Source: Elusimicrobiota bacterium
Lineage (GTDB): Bacteria > Elusimicrobiota > Endomicrobiia > CG1-02-37-114 > JAHJSO01
Assembly: GCA_043826435.1 (NCBI GenBank)
Contig: JBDRQF010000053.1
Span: forward strand, 896 to 64,895
Length of the DNA stretch: 64,000 nt
Direction of reading: 5' to 3'
Positions 36,501-45,639 of the stretch are shown in pieces. Each line of letters begins with the position of its first letter. Positions within the stretch are counted from its first letter, which is position 1. Under the pieces are notes generated by a model, which made no database searches, was not told the origin of the DNA, and saw only the letters and a list, made by a program, of their open reading frames with translations. A program made the position numbers and the translations under genes.

Positions 36501-36857
36501 GGCAATTTCTATTCCTAATACAGGGTAAGTTGCTCTGAAAATTTTATAGTACCCTATACCTGTATTATCGTCAGTAACTTCTGACCAAGACAGTTCAATG
36601 TTACCTTGTATTCGGGCAGTTGCTGTTAAATCAACAACTGCGAATGGTGGTATGGTGTCTACATATTGGATATAGTCATATTCAATTATGGCTGAACGAA
36701 GCAACAGTTTATTACAAGTTATATCTTTATAGTCATATTCCAGTGTAGTTGAATGCAGTGTCAATGGTTGCGCCCCCGAATAAGTAATACAAAAAACAAG
36801 ATACAGAAGAAAAAAACAAAATGTGATTTTCTGCCAAATCCTTGACCTGAAGAACAT
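33582..36857 (-). CDS. Giant secreted surface protein (1091 aa) with FN3/Ig-like repeats and the conserved C-terminal cassette ending in a T9SS-type sorting domain
   Basis: N-terminal signal anchor. FN3-like 'IELSWSEV...YYKIFR...YYYTI'. The C-terminal 250 aa are homologous to the other two cargos, ending 'VYAFPNPAKEGKNPTIHI...IYNIAAELV...ASGVFIYLVRA...NKVAVIK'. Confidence 0.75.
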   Translation of the reverse strand: MFFRSRIWQKITFCFFLLYLVFCITYSGAQPLTLHSTTLEYDYKDITCNKLLLRSAIIEYDYIQYVDTIPPFAVVDLTATARIQGNIELSWSEVTDDNTGIGYYKIFRATYPVLGIEIATTTVTKYIDSGIGLIDGVVYYYTIQPVDKDGNIQTVGNNQAWAICDKTPPSLISAVTKSTSTIHVIFSEKLDAATVSGNDFNVESFTVQSGSLITDTIVEITLTSVMPTDANPWVIIVSSIADLAGNYAVIGSSIQAKDGVPPVATSITVTPSTVTAVGTLPIFKIIFSESMDLTKPPTVYFDPEGVVPPLYANTNPVWSTTYKSSDTYTVASDVAIDPNTGDGIAKITVMNASDLVGNVMLPDTNDKFVINVKSITISNLSATPSRFNPFESETSTVSYILSETAEEVTVEILESDKSTVARTLATRISQSGGLHSFVWDGKKQTGEIKSGNYYLKVKASNPSLQESQEKISAFAIKVDTAAPIVVDLIDFPDPIVIGSTSTISFTGCAPGDNVELQFKIVITSTSILPITTIDFGDLGKFTEGLTQNVSWYTDNYNFAVYKYDTWVRYKPAPTVPWITSEPKSGTIELVKSNTISTSYLDIILRHDPTFDVSITTVSIPVTTAYAINDKGLFLQSAIYDINVTQGSFLAPAILVFLYDPVLDGNNLEIRRYDGTTWVTTGINQFVDLANNRIVAEIYQVSLYALFSKEPHVVAIVDIDPDTLNLKSKGKWVTAYIELPTEYNLKDVNINTLKITKIGNMEIEPIYAETKPKGIGDHDNDGIPDLMVKFDREALQKVVIPADEIKITVEGEIDIESKPIKFIGSDTIKIISPSIMTKVSSEGDELTSSDGVKLIIPKGALGKETEILAMSVQVSYGKKLSAEKIKIRPVGKGYEFNADTNQFAKPITIVMNYTDENVKYIDETDLKIYYWNEEKSLWEPIESSKVNPDENTLSCETNHFSLYQIMSPIPGVAISEPPSTDEQPEPKITADPTFKLGEVYAFPNPAKEGKNPTIHIEVGTADKIEIQIYNIAAELVHSVEISGNDWKIIDNKYAYEYTWDTPDVASGVFIYLVRAQKDDKVIKSLNKVAVIK

Positions 36858-36887
36858 ATGTTACACTTCCTTTATCCCAAGCGGTAA

Positions 36888-37265
36888 TTATCTATTTCCA
36901 TATAAAATATCTACTATCTTAAATATAGAGTAGACAACCTTATCTTTAGTCCTTTCAGGAAAATCGTTTTTTAAATTGAGTAGTCCGTATTTCGTCAATA
37001 ACTTTATTGGTTTCCTTTGAAATTGATAACACTTATAAGGAGAAAGTATTTTGAAACCAGCAGAAACGAGATATCTTTTCATTACCTCATAAGTGAAATA
37101 ATAAATATGTCCTTCAGGCATGACATAATGTGATTTTTCACCTTTATACCTAAATCTGTCAAAATTAGAAGTTGAATGATAAAACAGGCCTTTTTCTTTG
37201 TCCAAAAACTGCGAATCTTTACTGATATCATGTGTTCCTATATCGGTATAGGGCGGTAATACCAA
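36888..37265 (-). CDS. Hypothetical protein, possibly a C-terminal fragment of a class I methyltransferase
   Basis: Weak resemblance to the Methyltransf_23 C-terminal region. No motifs. Confidence 0.25.
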   Translation of the reverse strand: MVLPPYTDIGTHDISKDSQFLDKEKGLFYHSTSNFDRFRYKGEKSHYVMPEGHIYYFTYEVMKRYLVSAGFKILSPYKCYQFQRKPIKLLTKYGLLNLKNDFPERTKDKVVYSIFKIVDILYGNR

Positions 37266-37396
37266 ATTGAATTTTTCGCCTGTATTGTTTTAAAATTTTT
37301 TTAATCACGATATAATATTTGATTGAAAGAAGGAATATAAATAGCATTTTCACCTGTACTGAAAACTTTTCCAGCATACAATTCTTTTATTGGTAA

Positions 37397-38119
37397 TCAA
37401 TATGGTTTTTTCGCAACAAAAATGAGGCCATCTGACCACATCACATTTTTTTGATTATTGAATTTTATGGATTGTTCATAATTCAAAAAAAGCAGAGGGA
37501 ATTTTTTATGTAATATTCGGCTTAAAAATGAAAAAAAACATGTTATTAAAGGATGCAACCAAATATAATAGCTTTTTAAACTAGCGCGATAAATTCTGAT
37601 CTCTTGAAATTTATTTTTTTCTAAATACGAGTTCAATAAATATGGTGGAAGGACACTTATATGGTTGTGTTCTGAGAGCCAGAATGGATCAAAAAGAAAG
37701 AAACCTCCGGTCAGAAGGAATTTTACTCTTGAGTAAAGCGAGTTTATGTTGGGTATATCTAAGATGAAAATACCCTTTGGTGAGAGAATACGAAAAAATT
37801 CAGATAATGTGAACATAGGATTTTCAACATGTTCAATACCAGCAAGACACACCACCGCATCGAAGAAATTATCTTCAAAGGGTAAACGCTTGTTCATGTC
37901 AGCAAAAACACATTTAACTTTTTCAAAAGACATTTTTTCCGGTAAAATGTCCGCCGCATATACTTTATATTTATTTTCAAATAGTATCGATGTAAACAAA
38001 CCACTCCCTGCTGGAATGTCTAATACAGTTGACACATTGGGATAGGTTTTTAGAATTGATAAAACTTGTTCGTAAATTCCTAACATGGTTTGCCTCACCA
38101 TCTCATTGTTGGTTCCCAT
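37397..38119 (-). CDS. Class I SAM-dependent methyltransferase
   Basis: 'VLDIPAGSGLFT' (motif I) and 'FDAVVCLAGIEHVENP' (motif II/post-I). Confidence 0.65.
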   Translation of the reverse strand: MGTNNEMVRQTMLGIYEQVLSILKTYPNVSTVLDIPAGSGLFTSILFENKYKVYAADILPEKMSFEKVKCVFADMNKRLPFEDNFFDAVVCLAGIEHVENPMFTLSEFFRILSPKGIFILDIPNINSLYSRVKFLLTGGFFLFDPFWLSEHNHISVLPPYLLNSYLEKNKFQEIRIYRASLKSYYIWLHPLITCFFSFLSRILHKKFPLLFLNYEQSIKFNNQKNVMWSDGLIFVAKKPY

Positions 38120-38189
38120 AAGCGTTCCTTGACCTTTATTGATTAGAGAAATAAATCAAATTCACAATAACGGAATTATCTATTAAAAT

Positions 38190-39524
38190 TCATTTTGCGT
38201 CAGTTCTTAATGTAATTTCTATTTGTATATATCTGTGGTTAGCAGGACCGTTAATTTTTTGTGTTTTGTATACTTGGTGATATGTAGGCAATACATCAGT
38301 AGAAGCAAATGGAGCATTGCTTCCTCGCCATCTTACTTCGCGAGTAATTGTTATTCCATCGTAATCTATCACTTGTCTATAACCCGACGGTAATTCCGGA
38401 TATTCATCGGCAATGAAAGTTATTGACTTGATCCGTCCAGTATCTTTCTGTGTATCAATCACAGGACTTCTTATTGACGCCGAGACAACCCCAGGTTTAA
38501 GTTTAATATTCCCATTAACATCCAATTCAACTAATGCACTTGTTGTGATAGGAGTGCCATTTTCATCTATCCACCCAGACCATTGATCATTAAACCAAGA
38601 AGAAATTCTTCCAATGCCGTGAGCGCCAATGTTCTGAAATTCCCCATTTTCTACCGAGCCCGCCTTAAGACAAAGGGATGATGACTTTAAAAGAAATATC
38701 TCTTTGTCAATATCTAAAAACTGGGGATCTACGGAAATACTTTTCTGACCTATTTTCTGAGGAACTGGAAGTGGTGCATAGTTCACTTTTTCATTTTGAA
38801 AGAAATTGTTGTAGTCGCAATATAAAACTCTATCCCAAGAACGCACGACAATACTTTCTGACCCCTTATTTTCTACAAAATTGCAATTTTTGACACTGCC
38901 TATATCAACAAAATAACAAATTCCATCCCGTGTGGCAGAATTTCTAACGAAATTGCAATTCCTTATACTGTAGGAACCATAATAGCGTGAAACAATACAT
39001 GCACCTTCTGTTGCTTTATTGTTGAAAAAATCGCAAAATTCAATACTAATAAAATATCCACTGATATATATCGCTCCGCCAGTGTGCGCAACATTATCTT
39101 TGAATACACAATTTCTAATAGTGATGAAACTACCACCCATAAAATTACTTCCTTCAAAAACTCCAAAGCAGTTTTGTATTATAAATGAATCAATCGCAAT
39201 GTAATCTCGGTTAATAACAAAACCCATTCGCGTTTTCTCTCCATCAATAACCACCTCACCAACACCTTTAAGATAAATATTTGCTTCTTTCGTTCCTGAA
39301 TTAACAAATGTTATTGTTTCTTTATATGTTCCCTGATTGACATAAAGGGTATCACCTGCCACTGCTTTGCTGGTTGCTGCATTGATAGTTTTAAATGCCG
39401 TATCCCAACATAGTCCGTTATTAGTGTCACTCCCATTTAAAGAATCAACATAATAATTTGTTGCATTTACTGTAAACCAAACTGATAAAACTAAAACTGT
39501 TGCAAGAAATAATGTTTTCTTCAT
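38190..39524 (-). CDS. Secreted right-handed parallel beta-helix (pectin-lyase-fold) repeat protein
   Basis: Probable start at 'MKKTLFLATVLVLSVWFTVNA' (signal peptide). The ORF-track start at 39557 is 11 codons upstream. Repeats 'IRNCVFKDNVAHTGGAIYI', 'FCDFFNNKATEGACIV', 'IRNCNFVRNSATRDG', 'VKNCNFVENKGSES'. Confidence 0.6.
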   Translation of the reverse strand: MKKTLFLATVLVLSVWFTVNATNYYVDSLNGSDTNNGLCWDTAFKTINAATSKAVAGDTLYVNQGTYKETITFVNSGTKEANIYLKGVGEVVIDGEKTRMGFVINRDYIAIDSFIIQNCFGVFEGSNFMGGSFITIRNCVFKDNVAHTGGAIYISGYFISIEFCDFFNNKATEGACIVSRYYGSYSIRNCNFVRNSATRDGICYFVDIGSVKNCNFVENKGSESIVVRSWDRVLYCDYNNFFQNEKVNYAPLPVPQKIGQKSISVDPQFLDIDKEIFLLKSSSLCLKAGSVENGEFQNIGAHGIGRISSWFNDQWSGWIDENGTPITTSALVELDVNGNIKLKPGVVSASIRSPVIDTQKDTGRIKSITFIADEYPELPSGYRQVIDYDGITITREVRWRGSNAPFASTDVLPTYHQVYKTQKINGPANHRYIQIEITLRTDAK

Positions 39525-39765
39525 CTGTGAATAACCCCCTAAGTTATTGCCAAACATCTATAGTTCTTCTTTGACCTTTCTGGTAAATGACTGCCAGTGG
39601 GATAAACGTCTTGATATAATTTTACAATACTTAAATCATTTTGTCAAGTACACCGGATAACAGTACACAGGATATCTGTAATGTCTTTATCTTTTTCCGA
39701 CGATTTTTTGCACAAAATTTTACAATAAAAAAGGATAGCCCCCGCCAGGATGTCATGTTGATTTT

Positions 39766-40620
39766 TCAGGAGTTTTTATAAGCTAGTACAATAAAACTTT
39801 TTGCAAGTAATTTTGCCAGTTTCAGAGCGAGTATTGTTTTTATGTAAAACAATTTTATGTCCGGGTGAGCGTCAATGTTCAGGTTTTTATATTTAGCATA
39901 GATTCCGGCATTTTGCCTGTCACAAGCATAACCTTTTTCTTCAATATTAATAACCCCGCACGGATACTGATAGTTGATTACCGGCATATATACCGTGCTT
40001 CCGGCAAACCCTGCAGACCCGACCATCCCTTTTAATTTCCGGTAAGAATAGATGGGCGTTTTGTAGAGGCGCCCCGCCAGAAGGTAGGAAACAAAATCAG
40101 CGATTTTTCTCGGTAACATACAAACAAAGGGTAAACTGACGTGCGGGTCCCACAAAAGATTTAAGGGGAACCATCTGTTTTCTATCCCGAGGTATAACAC
40201 GCCGCCGTTTTTTAACAATGAAAACGCCCGTGACAGGACCCGTTGATGGACGTTTTCAAAATCCCCTGCCTCGTTTATTGCCGTCCATTCCAGTACGCCG
40301 TTAAGCAAAATCAGGTCAAAGGAATTTTCAGCCAGGCGGGCGGACAGGAACGGCTCCTGTATCAATGAAATGTTATTAACGTTGCCATTCTTAATCCTTT
40401 CCCTTATTATGCCCGCATATTCATCGGATGGCTCCACCGCGGTTACTTTTAGGCAGTGTTTCGCAAAGGCAATGCTTATGCCCCCGCCGCCGGCTCCGAT
40501 ATCCAGGATATTTTTGTTTTTTAACAGGCCGGTTTCCCGCATGATAAATTGGGCCATCATTTCCCCGCGGTTTAACCCGTCCAGCCAGGAGGATAGTTTA
40601 TTGGTTTCTGAGTTTTTCAT
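39766..40620 (-). CDS. Class I SAM-dependent methyltransferase
   Basis: 'ILDIGAGGGGISIAFAKHCLKVTAVEPS'. Confidence 0.65.
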   Translation of the reverse strand: MKNSETNKLSSWLDGLNRGEMMAQFIMRETGLLKNKNILDIGAGGGGISIAFAKHCLKVTAVEPSDEYAGIIRERIKNGNVNNISLIQEPFLSARLAENSFDLILLNGVLEWTAINEAGDFENVHQRVLSRAFSLLKNGGVLYLGIENRWFPLNLLWDPHVSLPFVCMLPRKIADFVSYLLAGRLYKTPIYSYRKLKGMVGSAGFAGSTVYMPVINYQYPCGVINIEEKGYACDRQNAGIYAKYKNLNIDAHPDIKLFYIKTILALKLAKLLAKSFIVLAYKNS

Positions 40621-42658
40621 TTGATAAAATCCATTTGGTTGTGTAATTGATTATTCTTCTGAAAAATATCCTTTTTAATACAGGAGGCCTGCCTGCATTA
40701 AAAGCAAACTCATTGCCCGTTATATGAACGAAATAGCGTATTTCAAAAAAGGACAACAGGTCGTCATTAACGACAGATTCAGACGCGTACGCCTGCAGAA
40801 ATATCCTTTTTAGTTCTTTTATCTTTTTATAATCAACAAAAGGACGTTTTAGTTTAAACATGTCCATACAAACCAAAAAGGTTGCCGGGTCATCATATAT
40901 AGTCCTGTAATCAAAATTTTCAAAATCCACGATACATATCTTGTTTTGTTTGTTGATTAAAATGTTTCTTGGTCCGAAATCCCCGTGACACCCGGTGACG
41001 TCAAAAGACATTTTCCTTATTCCGGGCAGGTTTTTTTTGAAATACGTCCTGAAAATATTTACTGCCTTTGCCGGCATGCCCATCTTTTCCAGGTTAAACA
41101 AATCATTTTGTATGACCCGGTCGTCCGTAAGGAATAGCTCCCCGCCGGGTAATTTTGTTTTTTGCGGCGTTTTATTTTGAAATATTAACAGCCATTCAGC
41201 GCATTTTTGTATAAGTTGTTGGACATGGATGCGTCCATATGGGGGGAAGATGGGGCGGGCATATTTAACCAAGGCGTCTCTAAATTGTGAGGCGTCCTTA
41301 ATAACCTCTGTGGCCACGTAGTTGAAGTCCGACGAGTAACATACGGGGTTTTCAGTTATAAAGCCATTTTCCTGATTAAAAATATCGCCCAATCTTACCA
41401 TAAGACCAAAAATCTCCGGCGCCTTTTTTCCGGGGACAGGTTTTACAACGACGGTTTTCTCCGTATAGTCGGAAAAGGCCAGATTTATTTTCATAATCCT
41501 TTTGCCACGCGCGGAAAATTTAATTATTTTTTTACCGCAGGCGTTTTCTATGTCTGTCTTTAGTTGGTTTATAAAACCCTCAGGATAGAGTTTTCGCGGG
41601 AGCGGCCTGGCAATCACGCCGTACAATTTTTCCAGTTCCTGCATTTGTTTGCCTGTGTCAAACTTCTCTTTTATTTTTATTCTCGCATTTTCCCCGGCGA
41701 TGTTTCTTAATTTTTCATCCCCCAGTACTTTTAATAAAATTCCTGACAATTCCAAAGCATTGGGTTTAACCAGAAAACCGTCCCTGTTATTCTCAATGAT
41801 TTCTATGGGACCACCGGTGTTCGTTGATATTACCGCTTTGCCGCATGCCATCGCTTCAATTATTATCCTGCCGAACGGCTCGGGCTGGATTGACGGGTTA
41901 ACGACGATGTCGCAGATGCTCATCAACTGCGGGACATCTTTTCTGAACCCGGCAATTATAACGTCGCCAGTTAATCCCAAATCCCGGATTTTTGTTTCTA
42001 TGTTATTTTTCTCGGGCCCATCGCCGGCTATCAAAAACACAACGTTATTTATGTTTTCTTTAACTATTTTCGCTGCTTCCAGAAACAGGGAATGTCCTTT
42101 CCACGAATCAAAGCGGGAGAACATGCCTACAACCATTTTGCCATTTTCTATGTTTAAGCCCTTACGAAGTTCCCCTGTATCAATGCCCGGTTTAAACGTT
42201 TCCGTGTCCACTGCATTGTATATTTTTATGATTTTATCCTTTTGCCTTTCCCGGGATAACTGTTCGCCCACGGCGTCGGAGATAACTATAATCCTCGCAG
42301 ACAAAGAGGCAATTAACCTGTCTCTCCAGCCGTGCGGATGTATTACGCGGACGTGCCATACAAAAGGTATCCCTAACAGTTTTGATATGAGCGCTGCAGC
42401 GAAAGCGTACTTTTTCACGGGCGCGTTGCAATGGACGATTGACGGCATAAATTTTTTGATGGCGGAAAACAAGCCCCGCAACGGCACCACCCGGCATGGA
42501 ATATTTTCCGCTTCAAGCAGGTTAGTGTAGGAGGACCTGCCGGGGACAAACACGACAGGGTCGTATTTTGACCTGTCCAGGTGTTTTAATATGAGCAACA
42601 AACTTATCTGCCCGCCTCCCGGCGGCTCAATCGGAGTATCAAGATATAAAACTTTCAT
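40598..42658 (-). CDS. Fusion protein: N-terminal GT4 glycosyltransferase plus C-terminal APH/Kdo-kinase-like phosphotransferase domain
   Basis: GT4 N-terminus ('MKVLYLDTP...GGGQISLL', 'EPFGRIIIEAMACGKAVIST'). C-terminal kinase motif 'CHGDFGPRNILI...IVDFEN'. Confidence 0.6.
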   Translation of the reverse strand: MKVLYLDTPIEPPGGGQISLLLILKHLDRSKYDPVVFVPGRSSYTNLLEAENIPCRVVPLRGLFSAIKKFMPSIVHCNAPVKKYAFAAALISKLLGIPFVWHVRVIHPHGWRDRLIASLSARIIVISDAVGEQLSRERQKDKIIKIYNAVDTETFKPGIDTGELRKGLNIENGKMVVGMFSRFDSWKGHSLFLEAAKIVKENINNVVFLIAGDGPEKNNIETKIRDLGLTGDVIIAGFRKDVPQLMSICDIVVNPSIQPEPFGRIIIEAMACGKAVISTNTGGPIEIIENNRDGFLVKPNALELSGILLKVLGDEKLRNIAGENARIKIKEKFDTGKQMQELEKLYGVIARPLPRKLYPEGFINQLKTDIENACGKKIIKFSARGKRIMKINLAFSDYTEKTVVVKPVPGKKAPEIFGLMVRLGDIFNQENGFITENPVCYSSDFNYVATEVIKDASQFRDALVKYARPIFPPYGRIHVQQLIQKCAEWLLIFQNKTPQKTKLPGGELFLTDDRVIQNDLFNLEKMGMPAKAVNIFRTYFKKNLPGIRKMSFDVTGCHGDFGPRNILINKQNKICIVDFENFDYRTIYDDPATFLVCMDMFKLKRPFVDYKKIKELKRIFLQAYASESVVNDDLLSFFEIRYFVHITGNEFAFNAGRPPVLKRIFFRRIINYTTKWILSNEKLRNQ

Positions 42659-42702
42659 AAAAACTGTCGGCTAAGAGTTACGCCATTCATGTCCGAGGTA
42701 AT

Positions 42703-43527
42703 TTACTTCCTTGCTACGGCTAAAATTGACAAATACCAGTCCTTTCCGAATAATTTTGAAACGTAGTATGAGATTTTTTCTATTATTTTCCAGTAGGGGT
42801 CAACCTGACAAAAGTCAGGCCCCAATCTTACCACCCTGAAATTGTTTTTTTCAAGTAGAAGTTTTAATGTGATATAAGAAAAGTGATACAGATGCGGTTC
42901 TTTAGAATCCGACGTATATATTTGGAAATAATATCCATTAATTAATCTATAAAATTTTTGTCCGATTATATCGTGTATGTTTGGCACAGCAACGAACAGA
43001 TGTCCACCGGGTTTAAGTAAATGGTATGCCTTTTTTAATGTAATCTCTGGATGTGATAAATGTTCAAGTGTATGCCAGAATGTAATAATATCAAACGAAT
43101 TTTCCTGCAACCCGGAATCTTCCAATGTTGTCTTGGTAATATCAAGGCCGAAATTATCTTTTGCATATTGAACAGCAAACCCTGAAATTTCTACGCCTGA
43201 AATATCATAACCGGCATTTTTAGCACGGTAAAGGAACAGCCCCTCCCCGCAGCCGACATCAAGAAGTTTACCAGATGGCATAACTCTTTTTACAACCTTA
43301 ACTCGGTTCTGCCACAGTTTTTGTCTTCTTAATTGTTGTTTTGGTGTAATCCAGTGTGAATAATAATCGCTCCCGTATTTTTCTAATAATTCATTTTGGT
43401 CAGGTTGTAGGTTGGTAAAAACCAATTTACAATTTGTACAAATATAGATATGGATGCCATAGAGACCATTTTTATATGGGATGAAATCAGTACCATTACA
43501 AATTATGCATTGACTCACTTCGAGCAT
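42703..43527 (-). CDS. Class I SAM-dependent methyltransferase with an N-terminal Cys4 zinc ribbon
   Basis: 'CIICNGTDF...CTNCKLVF'. 'LLDVGCGEGLF'. 'FDIITFWHTLEHL'. Confidence 0.65.
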   Translation of the reverse strand: MLEVSQCIICNGTDFIPYKNGLYGIHIYICTNCKLVFTNLQPDQNELLEKYGSDYYSHWITPKQQLRRQKLWQNRVKVVKRVMPSGKLLDVGCGEGLFLYRAKNAGYDISGVEISGFAVQYAKDNFGLDITKTTLEDSGLQENSFDIITFWHTLEHLSHPEITLKKAYHLLKPGGHLFVAVPNIHDIIGQKFYRLINGYYFQIYTSDSKEPHLYHFSYITLKLLLEKNNFRVVRLGPDFCQVDPYWKIIEKISYYVSKLFGKDWYLSILAVARK

Positions 43528-44507
43528 AACTTTACAATCCTTCCAATATCAAACATAACATCAGCGGTCAATTTGATACACGGAAAAACAAAAAAGGTTA
43601 TTATTCTTTTACCTTTACTAAAATTAGATAAATGAAAATAATTAAACATAAATCTTGTTCTGGATATTTGTAAAAAATACCAGACAAAAAATGCTACCGG
43701 TAAAATTATCCAACCAAAGATAACACTCAATACTATAACAGGTAAAAGTTTCAATATTATTGATGTTGAAATTAGATAGTTAGTGTGAACAGTATGTTTT
43801 AGAAATAAATCAGCATCGGCTTTACCTCTACGAATGTACCATTTTATTATCTTAAAAAAATTGTTTCTCGGATGGTGCCATACCACAGCATCCGGCACAT
43901 ATCCAAAAGCATTATTTCCAAGTTTTTTTGTTATTCTTATTGACAAATCTGTATCCTCGCTACCGTAACGATTTTTCAAATCAAACCAGCCTACATTTTG
44001 GATAACTGATTTTTTAATTATGGTATTACAGGTAGCAACCTGGGACAATGGAATAACCTTGCCTTTAGAAAAATTATGTAAACGGAAACCACCCCCGGGA
44101 TGGCCCAAAACACCCTCACAGAAACCAATAATGTTGGGTTGACCGGGGAACACTGCGCCCATTACGCCGCCCATTACGCCGACAAGATTTTTGGGTTCTT
44201 GTATCTCTTTTGTAAGTTCGTAAAACCAACTTTCCGTAACCTCCACATCATCATCAATAAAAACAATATAATCACCACCTGCATTTTTTACACCGATATT
44301 TCTCTGATTGCTGTACCCGGCTTCTGAAAACGGCAGTTTGATATGTTGGACAGGATATTTTAAATCAGATATAGCCCCTCCTGACTCAACAACAATAACC
44401 TCAACTTCCGAGGGGATAAATTCCAGAAGTTTTTTCAGACAATTTATTAAAAGTTCCCTGTTATCTTTTGAGATTATCACTATTGAGAATTTCATTGTAA
44501 TATTCAA
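43515..44507 (-). CDS. GT2-family glycosyltransferase with a C-terminal membrane segment
   Basis: 'FSIVIISKDNRELLINCL' and 'DYIVFIDDDVEV' (DxD). Confidence 0.65.
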   Translation of the reverse strand: MNITMKFSIVIISKDNRELLINCLKKLLEFIPSEVEVIVVESGGAISDLKYPVQHIKLPFSEAGYSNQRNIGVKNAGGDYIVFIDDDVEVTESWFYELTKEIQEPKNLVGVMGGVMGAVFPGQPNIIGFCEGVLGHPGGGFRLHNFSKGKVIPLSQVATCNTIIKKSVIQNVGWFDLKNRYGSEDTDLSIRITKKLGNNAFGYVPDAVVWHHPRNNFFKIIKWYIRRGKADADLFLKHTVHTNYLISTSIILKLLPVIVLSVIFGWIILPVAFFVWYFLQISRTRFMFNYFHLSNFSKGKRIITFFVFPCIKLTADVMFDIGRIVKLCSK

Positions 44508-45639
44508 TCATTTTGCTAACAATATGTTTCCACTGATATTTTTCTTCAATAAGTTTTCCACTGTTCTTTCCGAGCATTATTCTTTTTTGAGAATTGTTTA
44601 ACAATTCAATAACAGCATTAGCAAATGCAAGAGGGGTTTCCGCAAACACAATGTTATGATTGTTTTCAACCTCAATTCCTTCACAAGCATTTCTTGTTGC
44701 CACCACAGGAAGCCCGAACGCGAGTGCTTCTAAGATTTTATTTCTAATCCCGAGACCGCTTCGTATCGGGGCAACAAAGATACTGGAATTTTTTAAATAA
44801 TCGTAGATATTACTAACATAACCTGTAACAATTATGGACTTATCTTTAACAGCGAGGGCTGAAACTTTTTTTGACGGATTTCTGCCCACTATATAAAATT
44901 TAACATTTTTTATTTTATTTTTTATTTTTGGATAAATTCTTTCAACAAAATATAAAACAGTATCAACATTTGGAAAAAATGACATATCCCCGGTAAAGAT
45001 AAGGGTTTTGTTATTTGGCGAAACGCCTGATGGAAAACTTTCAGTATCTACCCCAGAAGGAACTATATAAACCTTCTTGTTCTTATATCTTTTTAATATA
45101 TAATCTCTTGCTTCCTCGGAGACCACAAAAAAATATTTATAATGAGCGTAAAATTTTCTATCTGCGAGATAAAACCTGGGTATTCTTAAAAGTTTTATTA
45201 ATTTTCTTAAAATATTACATTCATACCAGACCTCATACCATGCACCCTTCAACCCACAAGCCCATAAATCTATAATTAGAGGTATATCTTTAACATTTAC
45301 AAAATACTCGGCCATTTGAAATTTATGAACATGGATTAAATCATATTTATTCTTGCCAAAGATATCATTTACTACGGTCTCAAATTTTTTGTCTTTGCTG
45401 TACGCCTTCAGTAAAAAAAGATTCTTTAGACGCGATGTAACATTGTCCCGACATTCAACAGTATGGATGTTATCCACAAGGTCCTTAATTTCGTCCGTTA
45501 TTTCTGCGGAAGGTTCAGCAAAAGTGAGCAAGTCCACATCCACCTTTTCTTTTTTTAGATATTTCAACTGATGATACATTCTTGAACCACCACCGCCGAG
45601 AAGATGAGGGGGGCCAGGTGTAACAAAAAGTATTTTCAT
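44461..45639 (-). CDS. GT4-family glycosyltransferase
   Basis: 'GLGIRNKILEALAFGLPVVAT' is the GT4 C-terminal E-x7-E region. Confidence 0.65.
   Translation of the reverse strand: MKILFVTPGPPHLLGGGGSRMYHQLKYLKKEKVDVDLLTFAEPSAEITDEIKDLVDNIHTVECRDNVTSRLKNLFLLKAYSKDKKFETVVNDIFGKNKYDLIHVHKFQMAEYFVNVKDIPLIIDLWACGLKGAWYEVWYECNILRKLIKLLRIPRFYLADRKFYAHYKYFFVVSEEARDYILKRYKNKKVYIVPSGVDTESFPSGVSPNNKTLIFTGDMSFFPNVDTVLYFVERIYPKIKNKIKNVKFYIVGRNPSKKVSALAVKDKSIIVTGYVSNIYDYLKNSSIFVAPIRSGLGIRNKILEALAFGLPVVATRNACEGIEVENNHNIVFAETPLAFANAVIELLNNSQKRIMLGKNSGKLIEEKYQWKHIVSKMIEYYNEILNSDNLKR

Noticed and set aside
36888-37265. Possible methyltransferase C-terminal fragment
   Set aside because: It is kept only as a hypothetical CDS. 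The neighbouring methyltransferase (37397-38119) already has a complete C-terminus, and there is no motif support for calling it a pseudogene.
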